A DNA stretch of 41,644 nucleotides from Desulfobacterales bacterium (GTDB taxonomy: Bacteria; Desulfobacterota; Desulfobacteria; Desulfobacterales; UBA11574), in NCBI GenBank assembly GCA_032126435.1, contig JAQBBE010000052.1, positions 1 to 41,644 of the forward strand, read 5' to 3'. The stretch's first letter is position 1. The number at the start of each line of letters is the position of its first letter. Made by a program: the position numbers and the translations under genes. Positions 29,124 through 38,719 of this stretch are shown here, one piece after another. The notes beneath the pieces are model-generated. The model had not been told where the DNA came from, searched no databases, and worked only from the letters and a program-made list of their open reading frames with translations.

Positions 29124-29254
29124 AATAAAAATAGGTTGTGGATTATAGGTTGTTGGGCATTGGGTTTATGGCTTTTTTGTTCATGATCCACTCCCGAGTC
29201 CCTTTTGAAAAGTTAAACTTGATTGGCTAACCCATTTACAAATAAGTGTCAAGA

Positions 29255-30556
29255 TTAAGTTGTCATATCTATCTGATTTAATTTCCAAGTAAATTTTGTC
29301 CCCTCACCGACCTTACTCACAACATCAAGCCAGGTATTGTAGGACTCGAGTATACTGTGAACGATGGAGAGTCCAAGCCCTGTCCCGTGTGGTTTTGTAG
29401 TAAAAAAGGGGTCAAAAATCGATTGTATTTGCTTTTTTGTCATGCCCATGCCATTGTCGCTAACCTCAACACATGCATAATTGAGCTTCAGCGGATAAGT
29501 TTTAACCTTGATCAAGCCTTCACCCTCAATCGCCTCGGCTGCATTTAAAAGTAAATTCCACATCACCTGACGGAGATGCACCGGATCCATTTCAACCCAG
29601 ATATTGGGAGTAAGATCGATGGTGATCGAAACCCTGTTACTGGTCGCTTGGTTTTTTTCAAAAAGCTTGAGCGTCTCTTTCAAGGCGTTTTCAAGCTCAA
29701 TTTTCTCGATTTTACCCACCGGGGGTTTTGCGAACAAAAGAAAATTACTGACCAGCGTATTTAATCGGTCTGTTTCACGCAGTACAATCTGCATCAACTT
29801 GTCATGTTCAGGATCATAGGGAATTTCTTTTCTTAAAATCTGAATCGATCCCGCCAGAGAGGCCAGTGGGTTCTTGACTTCATGGGTGATACCGGCAGCC
29901 ATTTCACCCATATAGGCCATCTTTTCGACGCGTTTTACACGATCCTCCATGACCGAAAGCTCTTTCTTGGTCCTTCTCACCTGTTCCGACAGCAGCCCGC
30001 TCAAAAAAGCCACCGCAAAACACGCTGACATGATAATCACGACCTTGAAAAGCACGATGTTCCAAGCATAATCGCCAATGGTGCTGCTTCCTTTTATAAA
30101 AAAAGGGTTAATAACACCATAATATTCGAGATCAATCAGAATACCGTACTGAATACTGCAAAGCGTCGCCATAACCATGCTCCCTCTTCTAAAAATGATC
30201 ATACTCGAATAGATAATGACGACCAGATATAGAAAAGAAAAAACGCTTGTGAAACTACCGGTAATAAAAATAATTACCGTGACAATAAATGTATCGATTC
30301 CGGTCTGTATATAAGGGAAAAGCAGATTAAGTTTTTCATGTCGAAAAATTAAGGCATAGTAAACTGATAGCAAAAATATTCCGACGATGATTCCGTAAAG
30401 AACGATGAACGATTTGGTCAAAGGGAAAGGGTTTTCACTGACTTGAACAATAACAGCGGAGCCCAGCATTAACGAAGCAAATAGGATTCGAAAGAAGATT
30501 AGCCATTTAAGCTTATGAGACAAATCATCTTCGGGTTTTATGGTAAAATTCCGCAT
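29255..30556 (-). CDS. pilS: PilS-like membrane sensor histidine kinase
   Basis: Multi-TM N-terminus, THEVKNPL H-box, NLLLNA, DNGMG, FDPFFTTK, GTGLGL; follows pilC. Confidence 0.8.
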   Translation of the reverse strand: MRNFTIKPEDDLSHKLKWLIFFRILFASLMLGSAVIVQVSENPFPLTKSFIVLYGIIVGIFLLSVYYALIFRHEKLNLLFPYIQTGIDTFIVTVIIFITGSFTSVFSFLYLVVIIYSSMIIFRRGSMVMATLCSIQYGILIDLEYYGVINPFFIKGSSTIGDYAWNIVLFKVVIIMSACFAVAFLSGLLSEQVRRTKKELSVMEDRVKRVEKMAYMGEMAAGITHEVKNPLASLAGSIQILRKEIPYDPEHDKLMQIVLRETDRLNTLVSNFLLFAKPPVGKIEKIELENALKETLKLFEKNQATSNRVSITIDLTPNIWVEMDPVHLRQVMWNLLLNAAEAIEGEGLIKVKTYPLKLNYACVEVSDNGMGMTKKQIQSIFDPFFTTKPHGTGLGLSIVHSILESYNTWLDVVSKVGEGTKFTWKLNQIDMTT

Positions 30557-30583
30557 AATTATCAGAATATTTTAAAGGCGTTA

Positions 30584-31792
30584 TCAACCCAGCGCCGCTG
30601 CCATTTTGAAGATCGGCAGGTACATTGAGACCACAAGGCCGCCGATGACCACACCCAAAAATACAAGCATAAACGGCTCAATTAACGCGGTCATGTTCTC
30701 CACTGCCTGATCGACTTCTTCGTCGTAAAAGTCGGCAATTTTTGTTAACATTGAATCGAGGGCCCCGGTGGATTCACCCACTGCAATCATTTGGCATACC
30801 ATCGACGGAAAAACCCCGCTTTCAGAAAGTGGATCGGAAATTGTGCGGCCTTCCGAAATGGCTGATCGGGTCTCGTACACCGCTTTTTCAATGGTTTTGT
30901 TTCCTGCTGTTTTAGCTACAATTTCAAGTGCATCTAAAATCGCAACGCCGCTGGAAAGCATGGTTCCCATGGTGCGCGTAAATTTGGAAACAGCGGCTTT
31001 GCGGATTAATGATCCGAACAACGGAACCCTGAGAAAAAGATCATCCATCAAGACCTGTCCTTTTTCGGTTTTATAAAAACGCCGTATTACAAAGATCAAT
31101 ACGCCAATGAAACCGATAATATATAGGATGTTGGATTTAACAAACCGGCTCATCTTGACAACAATTTGAGTGGGAACCGGAAGCGCACTCCCCATACCTT
31201 CGAACATCTCTTCAAATACGGGGATAACAAAGACCATGATGATGGCAATAACAATAATTGCAATAACTATGGTTACAATGGGATACGTCATGCCCCCTTT
31301 AATTTTAGCTTTAAGTTTTGCAGCTTTCTCCATATACGCCGACAACCTTCTTAAAATCGAATCAAGGATACCCCCGGCTTCACCGGCTGCAATCATATTT
31401 ACAAAAAGATCATCAAATTGTTTGGGATACTTTTTTAAAGCTTCTGCAAAGGTTTGTCCGCTCTCTACATTCCCTTTTATTTCTTTGAGGATCTTTTTAA
31501 ATGTTTTGTTTTCATTCTGGCTATAGAGAATGTCAAGGCATTGAATGATGGGAAGTCCGGCATCGATCATGGTAGAAAACTGTCGGCAGAAAATTATGAT
31601 ATCGGCCTGTTTGACTTTGGGCTGCATAAAAGCAATATTTTCAAAAATGTCCTTGGGTTTCAATTTGATCTTGGTTTGTGTAATCTTACGCCGGATCAGC
31701 TCCGAATTTACAGCTTCTTCGGTGGGCGCTTCCATCTCACCTTTTTTTTTCTTATTATGTCTGTCCTTTCCTCTCCACAAATAAACCGGCAT
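30584..31792 (-). CDS. pilC: Type IV pilus platform protein PilC (T2SS F family)
   Basis: RQFSTMIDAGLP, AGEAGGILD, VGESTGALDSML, YLPIF; AAAGGAGG RBS before ATG at 31792. Confidence 0.93.
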   Translation of the reverse strand: MPVYLWRGKDRHNKKKKGEMEAPTEEAVNSELIRRKITQTKIKLKPKDIFENIAFMQPKVKQADIIIFCRQFSTMIDAGLPIIQCLDILYSQNENKTFKKILKEIKGNVESGQTFAEALKKYPKQFDDLFVNMIAAGEAGGILDSILRRLSAYMEKAAKLKAKIKGGMTYPIVTIVIAIIVIAIIMVFVIPVFEEMFEGMGSALPVPTQIVVKMSRFVKSNILYIIGFIGVLIFVIRRFYKTEKGQVLMDDLFLRVPLFGSLIRKAAVSKFTRTMGTMLSSGVAILDALEIVAKTAGNKTIEKAVYETRSAISEGRTISDPLSESGVFPSMVCQMIAVGESTGALDSMLTKIADFYDEEVDQAVENMTALIEPFMLVFLGVVIGGLVVSMYLPIFKMAAALG

Positions 31793-31962
31793 GATCGTTC
31801 CTCCTTTAGCTGGAGACAATACGGAGCTTATATCGAAACTGATACTACTAAGGTTACAGAGAATTCCTGTCAAAAAAATGTCATCAACAATACGGGTTGA
31901 TAACTCGGGGGTTAGCCGATTAGTTTGTATCATAAACGAAGCAAAACAACAACAGATTTGCG

Positions 31963-32176
31963 GTACGTATTCAAGGGGTGCGCTTCGCCGTGTAACGATA
32001 TTGGCGGAGTGGCTTCGTTATTTCAATAACTTAGCAGTGGTGGAGACCGCGGCTCCCGCATGCTTTTTGCGGGAGAACGCGGAGGGGGAAGGAATGCCCC
32101 CGCTGCTAAGTCATTGAAATAACCAGACACGTAGACGGCAAAGTGCATCGGGGAAGCGTACCCCCTGAACACATAC
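31963..32176. mobile_element. 214-bp MITE-like element with nested inverted repeats and a 7-bp target-site duplication
   Basis: Terminal IRs 31963-31986 / 32153-32176 (20/24), inner IRs 32017-32040 / 32100-32123 (22/24), central CTCCCGCA/TGCGGGAG, flanked by ATTTGCG at 31956-31962 and 32177-32183. Confidence 0.85.
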
Positions 32177-32317
32177 ATTTGCGGAGTTTATTGCAAAACC
32201 AGACATTATACAGCTTGATAAACTCACCCATATATGCATATGTTGAGTGTTCAAAGAAACGTAACAGTTTGATGAACTCGTTATAAATTTTTAGGGAATA
32301 AAATCCGAAAGCGCGAT

Positions 32318-34990
32318 ATGGTGGTGAAAACCAAAGCACATCAAAAAAACGGTCTGACCGTCATTACAACCCACATCAATGCCGACTTTGATGCTTTGGC
32401 TTCCATGCTGGCAGCTCAGAAGTTATATCCCGACTCCATAGCGGTTTTCCCCGGTTCTCAGGAAAAAAACTTGAGAAATTTTTTCATCAAATCGATGGTT
32501 TACCTCTTTAACATCGCCGACGTTAAAGATATCGACATCGAAAACATTAAACGACTGGTTCTGGTGGATACCCGGCAGGCAAACCGTATCGGAAACCTTT
32601 CTGCGGTATTGGACAGGCCCGATGTTGATATTCATATCTACGACCACCACCCCCCCATGGGCAATGATATCAAAGGGCATCACGAGGTTCATTATTTAAC
32701 CGGCGCCACCGTCACCATACTTACTGAAATCATTAAAAAAAAAGAGATCGATATTTCACCGGATGAAGCGACCATCATGTGCCTGGGCATATATGAAGAT
32801 ACCGGCTCCTTTACATTTCCCTCCACCACCGAAAAAGATTTTACTGCTGCAGCGTTTTTACTATCAAAAGGCGCTAATTTAAATGTCGTTTCGAATTTAA
32901 TCTCCAGAGAGATCAGTCCGGAACAGATCGGACTTTTGAATGACATGATTCAGGCCGCCAGCCGATATAATATTAACGGCATCGAAATTGTAATTACCAC
33001 TGTAACCACTGACAATTATGTGTCTGATTTCGCTTTTCTGGTTCACAAAATGGTTAAAATGGAAAACCTTGATGCGATTTTTGCCATTGCCCTCATGGGG
33101 GACAAAATCTATATCGTCGCAAGAAGCAGAATACCGGAAGTCGATGTGGGAGCGGTGGTCACTCCCCTTGGCGGCGGAGGGCATACATTTGCGGCTGCCG
33201 CTACGATCCGGGGTAAAACGCTGGCTCAGATTGAGTGCGAGCTGCTGGAGATTCTTTATAAAAAAGTAAGATCTCGAACCCGGGCCAAAGACCTTATGTC
33301 ATCACCGGCCATCACAGTCGATGCGGATGTACCCTGTAAAGATGCAGGCGATCTTCTTACACGGTATAATATCAACGCGCTTCTGGTTACCCAGAAATAT
33401 GACGCCAAGAAAAACCTCGTGGGTTTTATAACACGCCAGATTATTGAAAAGGCTATGTTTCACGGACTTGATCAGATCCCGGTGAAAGAGTATATGACGA
33501 CCGAACTTGCATCCGTGGAACGCGATTCCGAGCTTCAGGAAATACGAGAAAAAATTATCGGAAATAAACAGCGCCTCCTGCCTGTCATCGATAATGATAC
33601 GATTATCGGAGTGATTACCCGTACCGATCTACTCAATATCATGGTGCGGCAATCCGAACATACCGACCCAGGTTCACCCGATTTGCTGAAGGAACACGGC
33701 CACGCAAGAACCAGAAACATCGTTAAATTCATGAAAGAACGCCTGTCTCCTAGTATTATTGATATCCTCAAAACCATTGGGGAGAAGGCCGAGGAGATTG
33801 GTTGTGGTGCTTATGTCGTTGGTGGATTCGTACGTGATCTGTTTCTGTATCGGAACAATGAAGACATGGATATTGTTATTGAAGGCGACGGCATCGCATT
33901 TACGAAAAAATATGTACAAACGGTCGATGCTCGTATTCATTCCTATGAAAAGTTCGGCACTTCTGTAATTATTTTCCCAGACGGTTTTAAAATCGATGTG
34001 GCTTCGGCCAGAATGGAATACTACAAGTTTCCGGCGGCCCTTCCTACGGTGGAAATGAGTTCCATTAAACTCGATCTTTTTCGTCGAGACTTCACTATAA
34101 ATACCTTATCCATCCAACTCAACCCCGACCGGTTCGGGGTATTGATAGATTTTTTTTCAGCCCGGAAAGATCTCAAAGAGAAAGTCATTAGAGTATTGCA
34201 CAATCTAAGTTTTGTTGAGGATCCAACCCGGGTTTTCCGTGCCATCAGATTCGAACAGCGTTTCGGTTTTTCCATCGGCAAACTGACTTCAGGTCTGATT
34301 GAAAACGCCGTAAAATTGGACTTTTTTAAAAACCTCAGCGGGAGGAGAGTATTTGCAGAGCTCCGTCAGATTCTTGAAGAAGAAAATCCTTTTGCCGCCA
34401 TAACACGGCTGAATGAATATAATCTTCTGAGTGTGATCCACCCCTCCATAGTCCTGAACAACGAAATGATTTCCTTGTTTAATTCGGTCAAAAAGGTGTT
34501 ATCTTGGCATGATTTGCTCTTTCTGGAAGAACCCTATATGAAATGGGCGGTATATTTTCTGGCACTTATCAGATCCTGCGACAAAAAAACGGCCAGCGAA
34601 ATTTGCCAGAGGATTGAAATAACCCCTCGTTACAGGCCCATCTTCTGCAAAGAACGCTTTGAGGCTGACAAGTGCATCTCTTGGCTGGAACGAAATCTCT
34701 CTGCAAAAAACAGTACAATCTACCATCGGCTTTCCGTTTTTAAGATCGAGTTGATCCTTTACATGATGGCCGCCACGAAAAATAAACTGGCAAAGCGATC
34801 CATCTCCAATTATTTTACCCAACTGAGGCAAATCAATACGTCTATTAAAGGCAGAGACCTGAAAAAAATGGGTCTTGAACCCGGACCGATTTATCGTGAA
34901 ATCCTGCAGGCTGTCCTTGATGCTAGATTAAACGGTCGTCTTAAAACCCGCAGTGATGAACTGTCTTTTGTGAGAAATTATGCTCGATAA
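32318..34990 (+). CDS. DHH-CBS-tRNA nucleotidyltransferase (CCA/A-adding family)
   Basis: HINADFD, YDHH, GGGGH, two CBS domains, VGGFVRD, DMDI, DLFRRDFTIN, EDPTRVFRAIRF. Confidence 0.92.
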   Translation: MVVKTKAHQKNGLTVITTHINADFDALASMLAAQKLYPDSIAVFPGSQEKNLRNFFIKSMVYLFNIADVKDIDIENIKRLVLVDTRQANRIGNLSAVLDRPDVDIHIYDHHPPMGNDIKGHHEVHYLTGATVTILTEIIKKKEIDISPDEATIMCLGIYEDTGSFTFPSTTEKDFTAAAFLLSKGANLNVVSNLISREISPEQIGLLNDMIQAASRYNINGIEIVITTVTTDNYVSDFAFLVHKMVKMENLDAIFAIALMGDKIYIVARSRIPEVDVGAVVTPLGGGGHTFAAAATIRGKTLAQIECELLEILYKKVRSRTRAKDLMSSPAITVDADVPCKDAGDLLTRYNINALLVTQKYDAKKNLVGFITRQIIEKAMFHGLDQIPVKEYMTTELASVERDSELQEIREKIIGNKQRLLPVIDNDTIIGVITRTDLLNIMVRQSEHTDPGSPDLLKEHGHARTRNIVKFMKERLSPSIIDILKTIGEKAEEIGCGAYVVGGFVRDLFLYRNNEDMDIVIEGDGIAFTKKYVQTVDARIHSYEKFGTSVIIFPDGFKIDVASARMEYYKFPAALPTVEMSSIKLDLFRRDFTINTLSIQLNPDRFGVLIDFFSARKDLKEKVIRVLHNLSFVEDPTRVFRAIRFEQRFGFSIGKLTSGLIENAVKLDFFKNLSGRRVFAELRQILEEENPFAAITRLNEYNLLSVIHPSIVLNNEMISLFNSVKKVLSWHDLLFLEEPYMKWAVYFLALIRSCDKKTASEICQRIEITPRYRPIFCKERFEADKCISWLERNLSAKNSTIYHRLSVFKIELILYMMAATKNKLAKRSISNYFTQLRQINTSIKGRDLKKMGLEPGPIYREILQAVLDARLNGRLKTRSDELSFVRNYAR

Positions 34991-35642
34991 TTTAAATCTG
35001 AATCAAATCGTTGTAATGATTGTTCCACTCCTATTCTCCGTAACTATTCACGAAGTGGCTCACGGCTATGTGGCGCTTCGAATGGGAGACAATACTGCCC
35101 GACTGGCCGGCAGGCTGACGCTCAATCCAATAAAACATCTTGATTTTTTCGGATCGCTGATCCTGCCGCTCATTTTGAAATTAACCGGTTCTCCGGTAAT
35201 TTTTGGTTATGCCAAACCGGTGCCGGTGAATTTTTCCAATTTCCGTGATATTCGAAAGGGTACCATTTATGTTGCATCGGCCGGTGTTCTGGCCAATTTC
35301 ATCCTTGCGATTTTATCGGGAGCTCTCTTTCAAACATTGGTCCATTTTCAATCGGTATGGTATCCTTCTTTCTTCAAACCCTTGATCATGGATTTTTATC
35401 ATATGCTTTTTTATAGTGTGGTTATTAATTTGGTCCTTGGTATATTCAATCTGATCCCGATTCCCCCCCTTGACGGAAGCAAAATACTTGCCATGTGTCT
35501 GCCGCCAGTTTTAAGGGTGCAATTTGTTCGTATTGAACGATTCGGCATGATCATCATTATTTTCTTGCTTCTAACAAATCTTCTGGATAGGTTAATATCG
35601 TTTTTTTTGACCCCGATGTTCAATATTCTACTTGGAAAATAG
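34980..35642 (+). CDS. Site-2 protease family (M50) membrane metalloprotease
   Basis: HEVAH and NLIPIPPLDG motifs. Confidence 0.93.
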   Translation: MLDNLNLNQIVVMIVPLLFSVTIHEVAHGYVALRMGDNTARLAGRLTLNPIKHLDFFGSLILPLILKLTGSPVIFGYAKPVPVNFSNFRDIRKGTIYVASAGVLANFILAILSGALFQTLVHFQSVWYPSFFKPLIMDFYHMLFYSVVINLVLGIFNLIPIPPLDGSKILAMCLPPVLRVQFVRIERFGMIIIIFLLLTNLLDRLISFFLTPMFNILLGK

Positions 35643-35758
35643 CAATAAAACAGAAACAGCCGTCGAACAATGATCCGGAATTTAAAGAAACGGACTTGGG
35701 CAATAGACTTTTGAAATTAAAATAAACATTTTTTTCACTGCAGTACAGGAAAATCCAT

Positions 35759-36745
35759 ATGACGAAAAAGAAACGGATATTAAGCGGAATGCGCCCTACC
35801 GGACCACTTCACCTTGGCAATTTGCACGGCGCACTTGCAAACTGGGTCGAAATGCAAGAAACGTACGATTGTTTTTTCTTTATTGCCGACTGGCATGCAC
35901 TCACCAGTGATTATGAAGGTACCGACCGGATTGCGGAATATGTTCGGAAAATGATCGTTGACTGGATGAGTGCGGGCCTATCGCCTGAAAAAAGCACGCT
36001 TTTTGTCCAATCACACATCAAAGAACATGCCGAACTGTTTCTAATCCTTTCCATGATAACACCGGTTCCGTGGCTGGAGCGCAATCCCACCTATAAAGAT
36101 CAGATTACCCAGCTCAGCAACAAGGACCTTTCCACATTTGGCTTCCTTGGCTATCCGGTGCTCCAGGCAGCGGATATTATTATGTATAAGGCCTATGGTG
36201 TCCCAGTAGGTGTCGATCAAGTCCCGCATGTTGAAATTACGCGCGAAATAGCAAGAAGGTTCAATTCTTTCTACGGTGATATTTTCCCGGAACCGGAGTC
36301 GATTTTAACAGACACCCCCAAAATTCTCGGTCTAGACCGGCGCAAGATGAGCAAAAGTTATAACAACGCGATTTTTCTATCGGACAGCCCCGATGAAATA
36401 ACCGTTAAAGTCGCCAAAATGTTGACGGATATCCAGCGGGCAAGGAGAAGCGATCCGGGAAATCCCGATGTATGCAATGTTTTTGAATTTCATAAACTTT
36501 ATAGCGACGGCCAAACCATCGAAAGAATAAACCGAGAATGCCGAAGCGCTGAAATCGGGTGTGTGGAATGCAAGCAGATAATGGCTCAAAATCTCATCAA
36601 AGCCCTTAGGCCCTTGCGCGCAAAAAGAGAATATTACGAAGCACATCCGGCCCTCGTAGACGACATCATCGCGGACGGATGTGAAAAAGCCCGGCGAGTC
36701 GCCCATCAGACCATGGCGGAGGTTAGAGAGGCCATAAAAATATAA
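35759..36745 (+). CDS. trpS: Tryptophan--tRNA ligase
   Basis: SGMRPTGPLHLGN, YPVLQAADI, VPVGVDQ, KMSKS. Confidence 0.97.
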   Translation: MTKKKRILSGMRPTGPLHLGNLHGALANWVEMQETYDCFFFIADWHALTSDYEGTDRIAEYVRKMIVDWMSAGLSPEKSTLFVQSHIKEHAELFLILSMITPVPWLERNPTYKDQITQLSNKDLSTFGFLGYPVLQAADIIMYKAYGVPVGVDQVPHVEITREIARRFNSFYGDIFPEPESILTDTPKILGLDRRKMSKSYNNAIFLSDSPDEITVKVAKMLTDIQRARRSDPGNPDVCNVFEFHKLYSDGQTIERINRECRSAEIGCVECKQIMAQNLIKALRPLRAKREYYEAHPALVDDIIADGCEKARRVAHQTMAEVREAIKI

Positions 36746-36850
36746 CCTAAAAACTGCAAAAAAAATTTGCAATTGCAGATTTTAAGTATAAACCGTTCAG
36801 AACATTGAAATTTTACATCCTGGAGATCTTGTTGGAAACGATTTAACCCA

Positions 36851-37561
36851 ATGCAAGAGGACATTTATAACGTACAAATCGATGATATCTTCGAAGGTCC
36901 CCTGGACCTTTTGCTTCACCTTATCAAAAAGCATGAGGTGGACATCTATGATATTCCCATTGCCTTGATAACCAAACAATATCTTAAATACATCGAATGG
37001 ATGAAGATAATGAACATCGATATTGCCGGAGATTTTATTGTGATGGCATCCACTCTGACGAAGATTAAATCCAGGATGCTTCTCCCTTCCCATGAAGAAG
37101 AAGATGAAGAAGATCCCCGTTTGGAACTCGTCAAACCCATTGAAGAGTATTTGCTGATGAAATCAGCAGCCGAGAAACTGGCCGCCAGAAGCCTTCTGGG
37201 AGAAGACACCTTTGTCAGAAATCCGAGACTGGAAAATCATCTGATGGATCATGAAGGTGAAATCATACCGATCGGATTATTTGAACTTATCGATGCGTTT
37301 CAAAGAATACTTGAAAATATATCCCCCCACGAACGGATAGACATCACCGCCGATACGATTTCTGTCAGGGACAAAATCGTTCAGATCGTAGAAATTTTTG
37401 AAACCCGGGGATCGACAACTTTTAACGAACTTTTTCCCAAAGACGCTGAACAAAGCGAAGTTATAGTGACATTTCTTGCGATTCTTGAAATGGTGAGACT
37501 CTCCTTGGTCCGTATTATCCAGAATACACGGACCGGTATTATCAGACTTTTTTATTTGTGA
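36851..37561 (+). CDS. scpA: Segregation and condensation protein A
   Basis: FEGPLDLLLHLI, IKSRMLLP, VTFLAILEM. Confidence 0.95.
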   Translation: MQEDIYNVQIDDIFEGPLDLLLHLIKKHEVDIYDIPIALITKQYLKYIEWMKIMNIDIAGDFIVMASTLTKIKSRMLLPSHEEEDEEDPRLELVKPIEEYLLMKSAAEKLAARSLLGEDTFVRNPRLENHLMDHEGEIIPIGLFELIDAFQRILENISPHERIDITADTISVRDKIVQIVEIFETRGSTTFNELFPKDAEQSEVIVTFLAILEMVRLSLVRIIQNTRTGIIRLFYL

Positions 37562-38103
37562 TGGAAGATATAAAGAACATCATCGAAAGCCTCCTCCTGG
37601 TGACAGAGGAACCCTTAACAATCGACCGTATTAAAAACATTCTCATTGAGCCAGGAAGAAAAGAGATACAAAACGCCCTCACTGAGCTTTCGGCTGAATA
37701 TGAAGCTCGAAAGGGCGGTTTCCTCTTACGGGAAGTCGCAGGCGGATACCAGATCCGTACCCGTCCCGAATATAGGGAATGGATTAAACGTTTAATCCAC
37801 TCCAAACCGCTGCGCTTGAGCAAGGCCGCCCTTGAAACACTGGCGATCATCGCCTACAAACAGCCGATTATACGCAGCGATATAGAACACATCCGTGGCG
37901 TCAACTGTGGCGGCATCCTCCGAATGTTGTTTGAACGGAAACTGATACGGATCTTGGGGAGAAAGGAAATCCCCGGCAGACCGATTATTTATGCCACCAC
38001 AAAACAATTTTTAGAGACATTTGATCTTAAAGATTTAAAAGACCTTCCAACACCCGAAGAAATCGCAACACTCGGTGATGCGTCATTTGAAAACATGGAA
38101 TAA
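37561..38103 (+). CDS. scpB: Segregation and condensation protein B
   Basis: VAGGYQIRT, LSKAALETLAIIAYKQP, IRGVN, PGRP; GTG at 37558 is an alternative start. Confidence 0.95.
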   Translation: MEDIKNIIESLLLVTEEPLTIDRIKNILIEPGRKEIQNALTELSAEYEARKGGFLLREVAGGYQIRTRPEYREWIKRLIHSKPLRLSKAALETLAIIAYKQPIIRSDIEHIRGVNCGGILRMLFERKLIRILGRKEIPGRPIIYATTKQFLETFDLKDLKDLPTPEEIATLGDASFENME

Positions 38104-38241
38104 CATCCTGTTTTGAATATGGAAAAAAGTACTTGACTTAAAAGTTATCAATGCTCTATATAAATAATGAATTTCCTTCAGAAGCCTGAAGTCATTGAAA
38201 ATGATGCGATTGGATGTTTTATCTTTCCATAAGGAGTTTTT

Positions 38242-38520
38242 ATGAACAGATCCGATTTGATTAATTCACTCAAGAATAAAGTGGCGCTTAGCAGAAAAGA
38301 CGCTGGTAAAGTTGTTGACACGTTTTTCGACGCATTAAAAGAAACGTTGTCAAAAGGCGATCGGGTTGAAATTAGGGGTTTTGGCAGTTTTTCCGTAAAA
38401 AGTTACAAGCCGTATATCGGACGAAACCCGAAAACCGGCGAAAAGATTAATGTGACCTCCAAGAAATTACCCTTCTTCAAGGTCGGTAAAGAGTTAAAGG
38501 AGATGGTGGACAAACCATAA
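38242..38520 (+). CDS. ihfB: Integration host factor beta-like / HU family DNA-binding protein
   Basis: RVEIRGFGSF, GRNPKTGE, FKVGKELKE; AAGGAG RBS. Confidence 0.88.
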   Translation: MNRSDLINSLKNKVALSRKDAGKVVDTFFDALKETLSKGDRVEIRGFGSFSVKSYKPYIGRNPKTGEKINVTSKKLPFFKVGKELKEMVDKP

Positions 38521-38524
38521 TAAC

Positions 38525-38599
38525 GGGCGGTTAACTCAGCGGGAGAGTGCTACCTTCACACGGTAGAAGTCACTGGTTCAATCCCAGTACCGCCTACCA
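38525..38599 (+). tRNA. tRNA-Val (anticodon CAC), CCA encoded
   Basis: Acceptor GGGCGGT/ACCGCCT, anticodon arm CTACC-TTCACAC-GGTAG (CAC at 38557-38559), GGTTCAATCCC T-arm, ACCA end. Confidence 0.96.
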
Positions 38600-38610
38600 T
38601 TGAAATCAAG

Positions 38611-38641
38611 AGGTTATGGTTCATACCGTAACCTTTTTTTT
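38611..38641 (+). terminator. Intrinsic terminator after ihfB-tRNA-Val
   Basis: AGGTTATGGT-TCAT-ACCGTAACCT stem-loop followed by a T run. Confidence 0.75.
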
Positions 38642-38698
38642 GTGTTTGTGACCCGATTGCGACCCATTGATTGAAGCATTACGGTGGATTATTGAGGT

Positions 38699-38719
38699 CT
38701 CACAAAAGACTTTTTACGA
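38699..38719 (-). repeat. Collapsed palindromic repeat, family C, copy 2 (overlaps the cysQ stop)
   Basis: Reverse complement TCGTAAAAAGTCTTTTGTGAG, 19/21 to 8394-8414. Confidence 0.55.

Noticed and set aside
29131-29153. ATAGGTTGT direct repeat upstream of lolC/E
   Set aside because: Only two 9-bp copies; too little to call an operator or element
14057-31792. Numerous antisense ORFs over the lpt/lpx/bam/lol/pil genes
   Set aside because: Shadow frames of well-supported genes, with no independent motifs
31791-32339. ORFs 31791-32117 (+) and 32106-32339 (-) as a transposase or small proteins
   Set aside because: They cross the palindromic MITE and have no transposase motifs
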